From: a virus
Taxonomy: Duplodnaviria; Caudoviricetes
Strand: one strand, 5' to 3'
Length of the DNA stretch: 25,742 nucleotides
IMG/VR virus record: IMGVR_UViG_3300048575_000447
Span: 1-25,742 of that record
In this document: in pieces, positions 1 to 8,739 of the stretch
Position numbering within the stretch: the first letter of the stretch is position 1
How the letters are laid out: each line of letters starts with the position of its first letter
Notes under the pieces: generated by a model
Told to the model about the DNA's origin: nothing
Database searches by the model: none
The model's input: only the letters and a program-made list of their open reading frames with translations
Position numbers and translations under genes: made by a program

Positions 1-96
1 CAGTTGTGCCTGCTTGCTGTCCGCGCGGCTGGTAGGTGCTTTGGATTTCGACACCCGCTTCTTCGCAACCGGTTTGCGGGTCTTCGCCTTGGCCAT
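1..96 (-). CDS. 5' part of a probable DUF3489-family protein, truncated by the window edge
   Basis: Not in the ORF track. Minus-strand ATG at 96-94 with AAGGAG RBS (109-104); reads MAKAKTRKPVAKKRVSKSKAPTSRADSKQAQL with no stop. A Lys-rich leader then R-x-x-SKQA resembles the DUF3489 start, and the gene is divergent from the terminase. Confidence 0.65.
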   Translation of the reverse strand, partial: MAKAKTRKPVAKKRVSKSKAPTSRADSKQAQL

Positions 97-115
97 GTCT
101 GGGCTCCTTGGTGGT

Positions 116-136
116 GAGCCGCGATCATCGCGGCTC
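116..136. repeat. Perfect 10-bp inverted repeat (GAGCCGCGAT-C-ATCGCGGCTC)
   Basis: Read directly from the sequence; lies in the divergent intergenic region. Confidence 0.8.
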
Positions 137-247
137 TTCTACTGACCGGAGCCCCGAGTGGGGGGTGAGGGGCATACATGCTCTGATCGGCCCGCAAGCC
201 AAGCAAAATCGCCGATCATTTGATTGCTATCGTGGGCCGCCGAACGC

Positions 248-805
248 ATGGGAGTATCCATTCGCGCTTACGCGCGGCACCGCGGGGTCAGCCACGTCGC
301 GGTGATGCGGGCGATCAAGGCCGGCCGCGTACCCGCCGAGCCCGACGGTACCATCGACCAGGCCAAGGCGGACGCCGCATGGGAACGGTCGACCGATCCC
401 GGCCGCTCCAAAGCCAGGCCTAAGGCACCGTCTGAAAAGCTTCGCCCCATCGCGGAAGCGGCGGTCGGCTCGGTTCGCGAGACGCTGAAGGAACAAGGTC
501 TCCCGGCGGGCGGCAGCGTCACCTTCGTCCAGGCGCGCACCGCACACGAAATCGCCAAGGCGCATCTCGCTCGGCTGCGGTTGCAGCGCATGAAGGGCGA
601 GTTGATCGACCGCGCCCGCACCACCGCGATGGTGTTCCGCCTCGCGCGCGAGGAACGCGACACCTGGATCAACTGGCCGGCGCGCGTGGCCGCGCTAATG
701 GCGTCCGAACTCGGCGTGGAGGCGCACGCGATGCAGAAAGCCTTGGAGACGCATGTCCGCGCTCACCTCGCCGAACTCACCGAGGTCAAACCAGAATTCC
801 GATGA
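248..805 (+). CDS. Terminase small subunit (Nu1-like)
   Basis: N-terminal winged-HTH-like MGVSIRAYARHRGVSHVAVMRAIKAGR...DGTID, coiled-coil C-terminus, directly upstream of GpA. ATG 248 preferred over TTG 224. Confidence 0.85.
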   Translation: MGVSIRAYARHRGVSHVAVMRAIKAGRVPAEPDGTIDQAKADAAWERSTDPGRSKARPKAPSEKLRPIAEAAVGSVRETLKEQGLPAGGSVTFVQARTAHEIAKAHLARLRLQRMKGELIDRARTTAMVFRLAREERDTWINWPARVAALMASELGVEAHAMQKALETHVRAHLAELTEVKPEFR

Positions 806-2768
806 ACTGATCGACTTCGATGGCGGCGAGGATCTATGGCGCTCCTGGTGCGACGGGCTCACGCCCGATCCGCTGCTCACGATCTCGCAATGGGCGGACA
901 CGCACCGCTTTCTAAGCCCGCGCGCCTCCGCGGAGCCGGGGCGCTATCGCACCGATCGCACGCCCTACATGCGCGCGATCATGGACGCGCTGTCGCCGTC
1001 TCATCCGGCGCGCCGTGTCGTGTTCATGAAGGCGGCGCAGGTTGGCGCAACTGAAGCCGGCAATAATTGGATCGGTTACATCATCCATCATGCGCCAGGC
1101 CCGATGCTGGCGGTGCAGCCGACCGTCGAACTGGCCAAACGCTTCTCGCGGCAACGCATCGAGCCGCTGATCGCCGAGAGCCCAGCGTTGCGAGAGCGCG
1201 TCAGGCCGTCCCGCGCACGGGACGCCGGCAATACCGTGCTGTCGAAGGAGTTTCCGGCTGGATTGCTCGTTATCACCGGCGCCAACAGCGCAGTGGGGCT
1301 GCGCTCGATGCCGGCCCGCTATCTGTTTCTCGACGAGGTCGACGCGTATCCCCCCTCCGCCGACGAGGAAGGCGATCCAGTCGCGCTTGCGGAGGCCCGC
1401 ACCCGAACGTTTTCGTGGAGGAGCAAGGCGTTCCTTGCATCGACGCCGACGATCCAGGGCATCTCCCGCATCGAGCGGGAATATGAGGCCTCCGATCAGC
1501 GGCGCTATGTCGTGCCGTGCCCACACTGCCAGCACGCGCAGTGGCTCATCTTCGAGCGACTTCGCTGGGAGAAGGGCCGGCCTGAGACCACTCATTATAT
1601 ATGTGAAGCCTGCGACGGCCGGATCGAGGAACACCATAAGACCGCGATGCTGCAAGCTGGCGCGTGGCGCGCCACAGCGCAAAGCGCCGACCCTGCCAGC
1701 ATCGGTTTCCACATCTCGGCGCTCTACTCGCCGGTCGGCTGGCTGTCTTGGGCGGACATCGCCCGGATGTCGGAAGCCGCACACGCGACGGACGAGGCCA
1801 AGCGCAGCTTCAAGAACGGCGTGCTCGGTCTGACCTGGGTCGAGACCGGCGAGGCGCCGGACTGGCAGCGGCTCTATGAGCGGCGCGAGAACTGGCCGTT
1901 CGGCACGATCCCGTCGGGTGGACTGTTCCTGACGGCCGGCGCGGACGTGCAGAAGGACCGCATCGAGGTCGATGTCTGGGCTTGGGGGCGTGGCCTGGAA
2001 AGCTGGCTCGTCGACCACATCGTGATCGACGGCGGTCCCGAGCGAGGTCAGACTTGGGATGACCTCGACCGGTTGCTAACCCGGACCTGGCCGCACGCGC
2101 ACGGCACGCAGCTTGGCCTTGCCAAGCTCGCGATCGACACGGGCTATGAATCGCCAGCAGTCTATTCCTGGGCGCGCCGCGCGGGTCACGCGCAGGTGGC
2201 GCCAATCAAGGGCGTCGAAGGCTTTAACCGGTCGGCACCCGTCGCGGGTCCGACCCATGTCGACGTGACCGAAGGCGGAAAGAAGCTCCGTCGCGGCGCG
2301 CGGCTCTGGACGATCGCGGTCTCGACCTTCAAGAGCGAGACCTATCGCTTCTTGCGTCTGACGAAGCCGACGGACGGGGAGAAAGCAGCCGGCGCCAAGA
2401 TTCCGGCGGGCTACGTGCATTTGCCGCACGGCACGGATGTCGAGTGGATCAAGCAGCTCGTGGCCGAGCAGCTGATCACGGTGAAAACCAAACGTGGCTT
2501 CCAGCGACTCGAATGGCAGAAGGTGCGCGAGCGCAACGAAGCGCTGGACTGTCGGGTCTACGCCCGGGCCGCGGCGTGGATCGCCGGCGCCGACCGATGG
2601 ACCGAAGCGATGTGGCGCGACCTCGAACAACAAGTCGGGCGTCCGCCTGAAATCGAGGAAGAGCAGCCTGTCGACATGGAAGCGCCGGCGGACAGCATCG
2701 CCGGCTTGGTTCGGCGTTCGCCGAAACGTCGCGACCGGCGTGTGTTCCGTTCAAGTTATCTGGGCTGA
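753..2768 (+). CDS. Terminase large subunit, GpA family
   Basis: RTPYMRAIMDAL, Walker A-like KAAQVGATE, Walker B LFLDEVD, STPT motif, CPHC...CEAC Zn cysteines, C-terminal RNEALDCRVYA. Start is uncertain (53-nt overlap with terS). Confidence 0.95.
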   Translation: MSALTSPNSPRSNQNSDELIDFDGGEDLWRSWCDGLTPDPLLTISQWADTHRFLSPRASAEPGRYRTDRTPYMRAIMDALSPSHPARRVVFMKAAQVGATEAGNNWIGYIIHHAPGPMLAVQPTVELAKRFSRQRIEPLIAESPALRERVRPSRARDAGNTVLSKEFPAGLLVITGANSAVGLRSMPARYLFLDEVDAYPPSADEEGDPVALAEARTRTFSWRSKAFLASTPTIQGISRIEREYEASDQRRYVVPCPHCQHAQWLIFERLRWEKGRPETTHYICEACDGRIEEHHKTAMLQAGAWRATAQSADPASIGFHISALYSPVGWLSWADIARMSEAAHATDEAKRSFKNGVLGLTWVETGEAPDWQRLYERRENWPFGTIPSGGLFLTAGADVQKDRIEVDVWAWGRGLESWLVDHIVIDGGPERGQTWDDLDRLLTRTWPHAHGTQLGLAKLAIDTGYESPAVYSWARRAGHAQVAPIKGVEGFNRSAPVAGPTHVDVTEGGKKLRRGARLWTIAVSTFKSETYRFLRLTKPTDGEKAAGAKIPAGYVHLPHGTDVEWIKQLVAEQLITVKTKRGFQRLEWQKVRERNEALDCRVYARAAAWIAGADRWTEAMWRDLEQQVGRPPEIEEEQPVDMEAPADSIAGLVRRSPKRRDRRVFRSSYLG

Positions 2769-2770
2769 CC

Positions 2771-2983
2771 ATGACTCTTGAGGAGATGACGGTGCAGCGC
2801 GACGCGCTGCTCGCCGCGCGATATCGCGGCGTCCGCACCGTCGAGACCGATGGCCGACGAGTCACCTACGCAACCGACGCAGAGATGGTCGCTGCGCTGA
2901 CAGATCTCGAACGGCGGATCGCTGCCGCCAATGAAGGGGGCCGACGGCGTCGCATCCTTACGTCAGCCTCCAAAGGACTTTAA
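2771..2983 (+). CDS. gpW-like head-tail joining protein
   Basis: 70 aa between terminase and portal; GVRTVETDGRRVTY hairpin flanked by helices. Confidence 0.8.
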   Translation: MTLEEMTVQRDALLAARYRGVRTVETDGRRVTYATDAEMVAALTDLERRIAAANEGGRRRRILTSASKGL

Positions 2984-2986
2984 TCG

Positions 2987-4474
2987 GTGTTCGCTGCGCT
3001 GAATGACGTGCGACGCCGCGTCGGCGCGTTCATCGGCGGCTTCGAGGCGGGACTGTCGAGCCGCAGGCTGAAGGGCTTCCAGCCAAGCCGGGCGCATCTC
3101 AACACGCTGATCGCGGCGGCCGGGCCGGATATCACGGCGCGGGCTCGTTGGCTCGTCCGCAATAACGGCTATGCGGCGAACGCCATCGAAAGCTGGGCCG
3201 GCAATGTGGTGGGCGCCGGCATCAAGCCGTCCTCATTGATCAAGGAGTCCGAGACAAAGACGACGATCCAGAAACTCTGGGTCGATTGGACCGACGAGGC
3301 CGACGCCGAGGGCTTCACGGATTTTTACGGGCTGCAGCGGCGCGCCGCGCGCGAGGTGTTCATCGCCGGCGAGGTGTTCTTTCGCTTCCGTCCGCGCCGG
3401 CCCCAGGACGGGCTCACGGTGCCGCTGCAGCTGCAGATGCTGCCGTCCGAAATGCTGCCGCTCAATCGAAACGAGAGCGTGCCGGGCGGCAACGTCATCC
3501 GCCAGGGCATCGAGTTCGATGCGATCGGACGGCGTGTTGCCTACCACTTTCTGCGACGCCACCCAGGCGACATGACCGATTTCGGCATGGCCGGCGAGAT
3601 GGTGCGTATTCCGGCGAGCGAGATCGTGCACGTCATCGATCCGGTCGACGCCGGACAGTTGCGCGGCGTCTCCCGCTTCGCGGCCGGCATCGTCAAGTTG
3701 TTCCTGCTTGATCAGTACGACGACGCTGAGCTCGACCGGAAGAAGGTCGCGGCGATGCACGCGCTCTTCATCACAACGCCGGCGCCGGCCGAACCACTTG
3801 ATGCCGTGGAGGGCCGCGACGAGAACGACGAGCGCACCATCGATCTTCAGCCCGGCCAGATCACGATGCTGGAGCCTGGCGAGGAGGTGCAGACCTCGGC
3901 GCCGGCCGACGTCGGCCAGACCTATGAACCGTTCCAGTACCGCACGCTCCTGCAGGTCTCGGCCGCGCTCGGGGTGCCCTACGCGTATCTTTCGAACGAC
4001 ATGCTCAAGGCGAACTACTCGAACTCGCGCCTCGCCTTGCTGGAATTCCGGCGGCGGATTGAAGCCTACCAGCACGCGGTAATCGTTTGGCAGCTCTGCC
4101 GGCAGGTCTGGGCGCGCTGGATGGACACCGCGGCGATCGCGGGCGCCCTCGAGCTCCCAGAGTACGACCGTCGCCGGCGCGAATATCTGGCATGCGGGTG
4201 GCTGCCGCCGAAGTGGGATTGGGTCGATCCGCTTAAGGACGCCCGTGCCGAGATTGAGCAGATCGACGCCGGTCTGAAGAGCCGGACCCAGGCCTTGGCC
4301 GAGCGGGGCTATGACGCCGAGCAGGTCGACACCGAGATCGCGGCCGACAAGGCCCGCGAGAAATCGCTCGGCCTGACGTTCGGAGCGACGCCGCCAGCGC
4401 CGGAGGCGCAGCGGCCCGGCGATAGCGAAGCGGCAACGGATGCGGCCGCAACTGACACTGGACAACCAGCATGA
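2987..4474 (+). CDS. Portal protein, lambda family
   Basis: RARWLVRNNGYA, GQLRGVS, ANYSNSR, WVDPLKD motifs; 495 aa; synteny. Confidence 0.95.
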   Translation: MFAALNDVRRRVGAFIGGFEAGLSSRRLKGFQPSRAHLNTLIAAAGPDITARARWLVRNNGYAANAIESWAGNVVGAGIKPSSLIKESETKTTIQKLWVDWTDEADAEGFTDFYGLQRRAAREVFIAGEVFFRFRPRRPQDGLTVPLQLQMLPSEMLPLNRNESVPGGNVIRQGIEFDAIGRRVAYHFLRRHPGDMTDFGMAGEMVRIPASEIVHVIDPVDAGQLRGVSRFAAGIVKLFLLDQYDDAELDRKKVAAMHALFITTPAPAEPLDAVEGRDENDERTIDLQPGQITMLEPGEEVQTSAPADVGQTYEPFQYRTLLQVSAALGVPYAYLSNDMLKANYSNSRLALLEFRRRIEAYQHAVIVWQLCRQVWARWMDTAAIAGALELPEYDRRRREYLACGWLPPKWDWVDPLKDARAEIEQIDAGLKSRTQALAERGYDAEQVDTEIAADKAREKSLGLTFGATPPAPEAQRPGDSEAATDAAATDTGQPA

Positions 4475-5769
4475 TCGATCTGCCGTTCGTGGCGTCCCGC
4501 GTGTTTGGGACTCCGCTGCTGATCGCGCGCGGCAAGCTCGAGGTGATCCTCGCGGTGCTGGCGCCACGGTTCGCAGGCACTCCGCTGGCTCCAGCCGATG
4601 GGACGCCCGATGCTGGACCCGAGACATCGATCACTGAGCAGAATATCGCGGTGATTTCCGTGACCGGCACGTTGGTGAGCCGGTCGGGCTATCTCGATGC
4701 CGCCAGCGGGCTGCTGTCATACGCGGACGTAGGCGACGCGATCGTGTCCGCTCTGGGCGATCCTTCCGTCCAGGGTGTGATCCTCGACATCGATTCACCC
4801 GGCGGCGAAGTCGGAGGTCTCTTTGACTTGGTCGAGATCATCCGGGCGGCCAAAACCAACGCCAAAAAGCCGCTTTGGGCGGTGGCGAACGAATGCGCGC
4901 TGTCGGCCGCCTATGCGATCGCCAGTAGCGCCGACCGGCTCTACGTGACGCGGACCGGTGAGGTGGGATCCATCGGTGTGGTGGCGGTGCACGTCGACGA
5001 GAGCGCGGCCGATACGAAGGCGGGGCTGACCTGGACTTACGTCTTCGCCGGCGAGACCAAGATTGACGGCAATTGCCATCAGCCGCTGTCGGATCGGGCG
5101 CGCGCCACCATCCAGGCGGACGTCGATCAACTCTACACGCAACTGTGCGGCATCGTTGCCTCGAACCGCAGGGTGACGAGCGAGGCGGTGCGCGCGACGG
5201 ATGCCGCGGTCTATCGCGGTGAGGCGGCGATTCGAGCCGGGCTCGCCGACCGCATCGGCACGCTCGACCTGGCGATCGCCGAGATGGCCGCTGCGGTCGC
5301 TCCACTCGATCCGCCCGCGCGACTCACGACCAACCTTAAAACGAAAAGGAGCACGTCCATGGCGACGAACGAGACCGAAGGCGATCAGCCAAATGCGAAC
5401 GAGCCGCACTCACCGGGTACGCCCGCGCCCGTTGCGCAACCGCTGATCGCTGAACCGGCTCCTTCACCAATTCCACCGCCGGCAACCGCTCCGGCCGCGG
5501 CATCGGCCCAGGCGGATGCCCTGCGTGCCGAGTATGCCGACCTCGCGGCGCTTGCCGCGCAGGCGGCTCGGCTCGGCGTTACGGTCGATGCGGCCGACGC
5601 CATGCGTAAGGGCATCTCGGCGGATGATCTGCGCCGCAGCGTACTCGATGCTCTCGCGGCGCGCTCGGAGGCCGCGACCATCATCGCCACCGCACCGTCC
5701 ACACCGGTCGCCGGCGACAGTCCGATCGTGCGTCGCGCCAAGCAGCGCGCCGCAGCGGCAAGCGCCTAA
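4471..5769 (+). CDS. S49 family prohead protease (lambda gpC-like) with C-terminal scaffold region
   Basis: DIDSPGGE, ALSAAYAIAS (catalytic Ser), GSIGV motifs; Pro/Ala-rich C-terminus; ATGA overlap with the portal stop. Confidence 0.92.
   Translation: MIDLPFVASRVFGTPLLIARGKLEVILAVLAPRFAGTPLAPADGTPDAGPETSITEQNIAVISVTGTLVSRSGYLDAASGLLSYADVGDAIVSALGDPSVQGVILDIDSPGGEVGGLFDLVEIIRAAKTNAKKPLWAVANECALSAAYAIASSADRLYVTRTGEVGSIGVVAVHVDESAADTKAGLTWTYVFAGETKIDGNCHQPLSDRARATIQADVDQLYTQLCGIVASNRRVTSEAVRATDAAVYRGEAAIRAGLADRIGTLDLAIAEMAAAVAPLDPPARLTTNLKTKRSTSMATNETEGDQPNANEPHSPGTPAPVAQPLIAEPAPSPIPPPATAPAAASAQADALRAEYADLAALAAQAARLGVTVDAADAMRKGISADDLRRSVLDALAARSEAATIIATAPSTPVAGDSPIVRRAKQRAAAASA
5359..5769 (+). 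CDS. Nested in-frame scaffolding protein (Nu3-like), 136 aa
   Basis: AGGAG at 5347-5351, 7 nt before an in-frame ATG at 5359; same layout as lambda C/Nu3. Confidence 0.7.
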   Translation: MATNETEGDQPNANEPHSPGTPAPVAQPLIAEPAPSPIPPPATAPAAASAQADALRAEYADLAALAAQAARLGVTVDAADAMRKGISADDLRRSVLDALAARSEAATIIATAPSTPVAGDSPIVRRAKQRAAAASA

Positions 5770-5784
5770 TCACAAGGAGCACCC

Positions 5785-6174
5785 ATGACCACGCTGACAA
5801 TGTCGCCGACACTCGGTGACCTGCTCAAGTTCGAGCTCAATGGCAGCTATTCGCGTGAAACCGTGACCCTCAAATCCGGTACGAGCTATGCGCTGGGCTC
5901 CGTGCTCGGCAAGATCACCGCCTCGGGCAAATATCGCCTCTCGCCCGTGGCCGAGGTCACCGGTGACGAGGGCGCGGAGACCGCTGTTGCCGTCCTGATC
6001 GGCGCTGTGGATGCGACCGGTGGTGAAAAAACAGGTCTGGTGGTGGCGCGCGGTCCCGTCATCGTCTCGAAGGCGGCGCTCGTCTTCGACGCATCAGTCG
6101 ATCTGACCGCGGAGAAGACCGCGAAGCACGCGCAGCTTTCGGCAGTCGGCATCGTTCCTCGCGACGCCGCCTGA
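5785..6174 (+). CDS. Head decoration protein (gpD-like)
   Basis: YSRETVTL, GSVLGKITASGKY, GAETAVAVL; AAGGAG RBS; between protease and capsid. Confidence 0.9.
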   Translation: MTTLTMSPTLGDLLKFELNGSYSRETVTLKSGTSYALGSVLGKITASGKYRLSPVAEVTGDEGAETAVAVLIGAVDATGGEKTGLVVARGPVIVSKAALVFDASVDLTAEKTAKHAQLSAVGIVPRDAA

Positions 6175-6209
6175 CCGGCGCTCACCCGTTTCCACTTTCG
6201 TCCTCTTTC

Positions 6210-6236
6210 GGGCCTCGACGATCCTCGTCGGGGCCC
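6210..6236 (+). promoter_or_regulatory. 12-bp stem-loop upstream of the major capsid gene
   Basis: GGGCCTCGACGA-TCC-TCGTCGGGGCCC (one G-U pair) followed by ACTTCATTT, then the capsid RBS. Confidence 0.55.
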
Positions 6237-6257
6237 ACTTCATTTGAAGGAACCTCC

Positions 6258-7280
6258 ATGGCACCCATAATCAATCCGTTCGACGCCGGCGGCTACACGC
6301 TCGCGGAGATGACCTCGGCCATCAACATCCTGCCAAATATCTACACGCGGCTCGGCACGATGGGCCTGTTCCGCTTCGAAGGCATCACGCAGCGCAGCGT
6401 CATCATTGAGCAAGCGGAGGGTGTGCTCAACCTGCTGCCGACCGTTCCGCTCGGCGGGCCGGCCACGGTCGCCAATCGCGACAACCGCTCGACTCGTTCC
6501 TTCACGGTGCCGTGGATCCCGCACGACGACGTCATCACGCCACAGGATATCCAGGGCGTCCGCGGCTTCGGCGTCGCCGACGCAGCCGATCCGCTTGCCA
6601 CCGTCATGGAGCGCAAGATCACGCGTATGCGGGCCAAGCACGCGCAAACCCGGGAATACATGGAAATCAATGCGCTGCGCGGCGTGGTGAAGGACGGCGC
6701 CGGTACCGAGATCTACGACTATTTCGACGAGTTCGGCCTCGCCCAGCAATCGGTCGACTTCGTGCTCGGCACCGCCGGCACCAACATCCAGGGCAAATGC
6801 CGCGAAGTGCTGCGCGACATCGAGACTGAGCTCAAGGGCGAGACGATGAACGGTGTGCTCGCGCTGGTGAGCCCGGGCTTTTTCGACAAGCTGATCAGCC
6901 ACGCCAAGGTCGAGGAGGCCTACAAGTACTTCTCATCGACCGGTGCGCAGCCGCTGCGCGAGGACACCCGACGGCGCTTCCCGTTCGCCGGCATCGTGTT
7001 CGAGGAATACAACGCCACTGTCACGCTTTCGACCGGCACGACGGAAACTCTGGTGCCGGCGAACGAAGGCATCGCGTTCCCGCTCGGCACCATGGACACG
7101 TTCGTCACCTACGGCGCGCCCGCGAACCTGATCGAGACCGTCAACACCATGGGCTTGCCGATCTATGCGCGCCAGATCGCACGGCAGGACGGCAGCGCCA
7201 TCGACGTAAAGACCGAAGCCTCTCCGCTGCCGGTCAACAAGCGCCCGCGGCTGGCGGTGAAGATCCTGACGAGCAACTGA
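6258..7280 (+). CDS. Major capsid protein, lambda E family
   Basis: 340 aa; PHDDVITPQDIQGVRGFG, TREYM...ALRG, FAGIVFEEY, SPLPVNKRP; AAGGA RBS. Confidence 0.92.
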   Translation: MAPIINPFDAGGYTLAEMTSAINILPNIYTRLGTMGLFRFEGITQRSVIIEQAEGVLNLLPTVPLGGPATVANRDNRSTRSFTVPWIPHDDVITPQDIQGVRGFGVADAADPLATVMERKITRMRAKHAQTREYMEINALRGVVKDGAGTEIYDYFDEFGLAQQSVDFVLGTAGTNIQGKCREVLRDIETELKGETMNGVLALVSPGFFDKLISHAKVEEAYKYFSSTGAQPLREDTRRRFPFAGIVFEEYNATVTLSTGTTETLVPANEGIAFPLGTMDTFVTYGAPANLIETVNTMGLPIYARQIARQDGSAIDVKTEASPLPVNKRPRLAVKILTSN

Positions 7281-7289
7281 GCCGCCTTG

Positions 7290-7607
7290 ATGGATGCATT
7301 CACGGCGGCGATCGACGCGCTGTTCGTCGATCCCAACATCGCGCGCGACGCTCTCTGGCGCCCTGGTGGAATCGGCGCCGGCACCGTCGTGCGCGTCGTC
7401 AGCAAAAGACCGGACCATGCCGCCAATTTCGGCGACGGCCGCGTCATGTTGCCGACGATGCTGATCGACGTTCGCCGATCACAGATTGCGGCGCCGGCCT
7501 CTGGCGATACCGTCGAGATTGACTCTGAGACGTTCGAGATCATCGCCACACCGGTGATCGATAGCTTGCGGCTCGTGTGGACATGCGAGGCGGCGCCGCC
7601 GGTCTGA
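7290..7607 (+). CDS. Head-tail joining protein (gpFII-like)
   Basis: About 105 aa, beta-rich, immediately after the capsid; PASGDTVEID motif. Confidence 0.7.
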   Translation: MDAFTAAIDALFVDPNIARDALWRPGGIGAGTVVRVVSKRPDHAANFGDGRVMLPTMLIDVRRSQIAAPASGDTVEIDSETFEIIATPVIDSLRLVWTCEAAPPV

Positions 7608-7612
7608 TCCCG

Positions 7613-8269
7613 ATGCGCTTCACCTTTAAGACCGATGATCTCACCGCGCGTCTCGGTGAGGTCGAAACAGAGGCGGCGCGTTCTGTGACCGCGGCTATGC
7701 GGGAAGCGACGGATGGCCTCAAGGGCGACCTGCGCGCGGACGTCGCGGATGCCGGGCTCGGACAGCGGCTGGCGAACACCTGGCGCGGGAAGACCTATCC
7801 AGACGCCGCGATCAGCCTCGAGGCCGCATCCTTCGTGTGGTCGAGAGCGCCCAATATCGTCGATGCGTTCGACCGCGGCGTTACGATCAAATCGAGCCGC
7901 GGCTTCTGGCTCGCAATCCCGACGGCGGCCGCCGGCGTGAAGGGCATTAACCCCACAGGCGCCATGAAGCGGATCACGCCGGGTGGCTGGGAGCGGAGGA
8001 CCGGGATGCGGCTGCGTTTCGTGTATCGGCGTGGGCGGCCGTCGTTGCTCGTCGCCGACAACGCGCGGCTGAGCAAGAAGGGCCTCGCACGCCCGAATCT
8101 GGGACGTACGCGCGGCGGCGCCTCCTTCACGCGCATCGGGGGTCGCTCAACGGTCGTGGTGTTCATCCTGGTGCCGCAGGTCTCACTGCGGAAGCGCCTG
8201 GATGTTGCAAGCGTTGCTCAGCAATGGGCGTCCCGCGTGCCAGACCTTCTCGCGACCCACTGGAAGTGA
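7613..8269 (+). CDS. Basic neck/minor tail protein (DUF6441-like, lambda gpZ position)
   Basis: GLGQRLANTW, WLAIPT, LRFVYRRG, FILVPQV; Arg-rich; synteny. Confidence 0.7.
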   Translation: MRFTFKTDDLTARLGEVETEAARSVTAAMREATDGLKGDLRADVADAGLGQRLANTWRGKTYPDAAISLEAASFVWSRAPNIVDAFDRGVTIKSSRGFWLAIPTAAAGVKGINPTGAMKRITPGGWERRTGMRLRFVYRRGRPSLLVADNARLSKKGLARPNLGRTRGGASFTRIGGRSTVVVFILVPQVSLRKRLDVASVAQQWASRVPDLLATHWK

Positions 8270-8279
8270 CCACGACGCC

Positions 8280-8714
8280 ATGACGAGCCGTCGAGAACAG
8301 GTGCTCGGTGCCATCCACGCGCTGATCGCCTCAGCGCTCCCCAGCGCCGAGGTGAAACGCAACTTGGCGAAGCCAGAGCGTGTCCCGCCAGGCGGCCTCG
8401 TCATCGTGCGCGATGGCGATCCCGGCGAACCCGAGGTGACGCTATCGCCGCTCACTTACATCTATGCCCACCGCATTCCGATCGAGATCGCAGCCTACGA
8501 AACTTCAAGCGAAACCCGCGAGCGCGTGCTCGACGACATGCTGGCCGCGATCGGCGCTGCCGTCGCATCCAACCGCACCCTTGGCGGCCTCTGCGATTTC
8601 GTCGAAGCCGAAGCACCTGCGACCGAAGACATCGAGACTGCAGGTGCCCGCGCGGTCCGATGGGCCGACGCCGTCATCGTCGCGGTCTACGGCACGACCG
8701 ATCCGCTGAACTGA
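8280..8714 (+). CDS. Tail completion/terminator protein (gpU position)
   Basis: RDGDPGEPEVTLSP, RTLGGLCD; directly before the tail tube. Confidence 0.7.
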   Translation: MTSRREQVLGAIHALIASALPSAEVKRNLAKPERVPPGGLVIVRDGDPGEPEVTLSPLTYIYAHRIPIEIAAYETSSETRERVLDDMLAAIGAAVASNRTLGGLCDFVEAEAPATEDIETAGARAVRWADAVIVAVYGTTDPLN

Positions 8715-8739
8715 ATTCCTTCAAGCTCGGGAGAACCTC

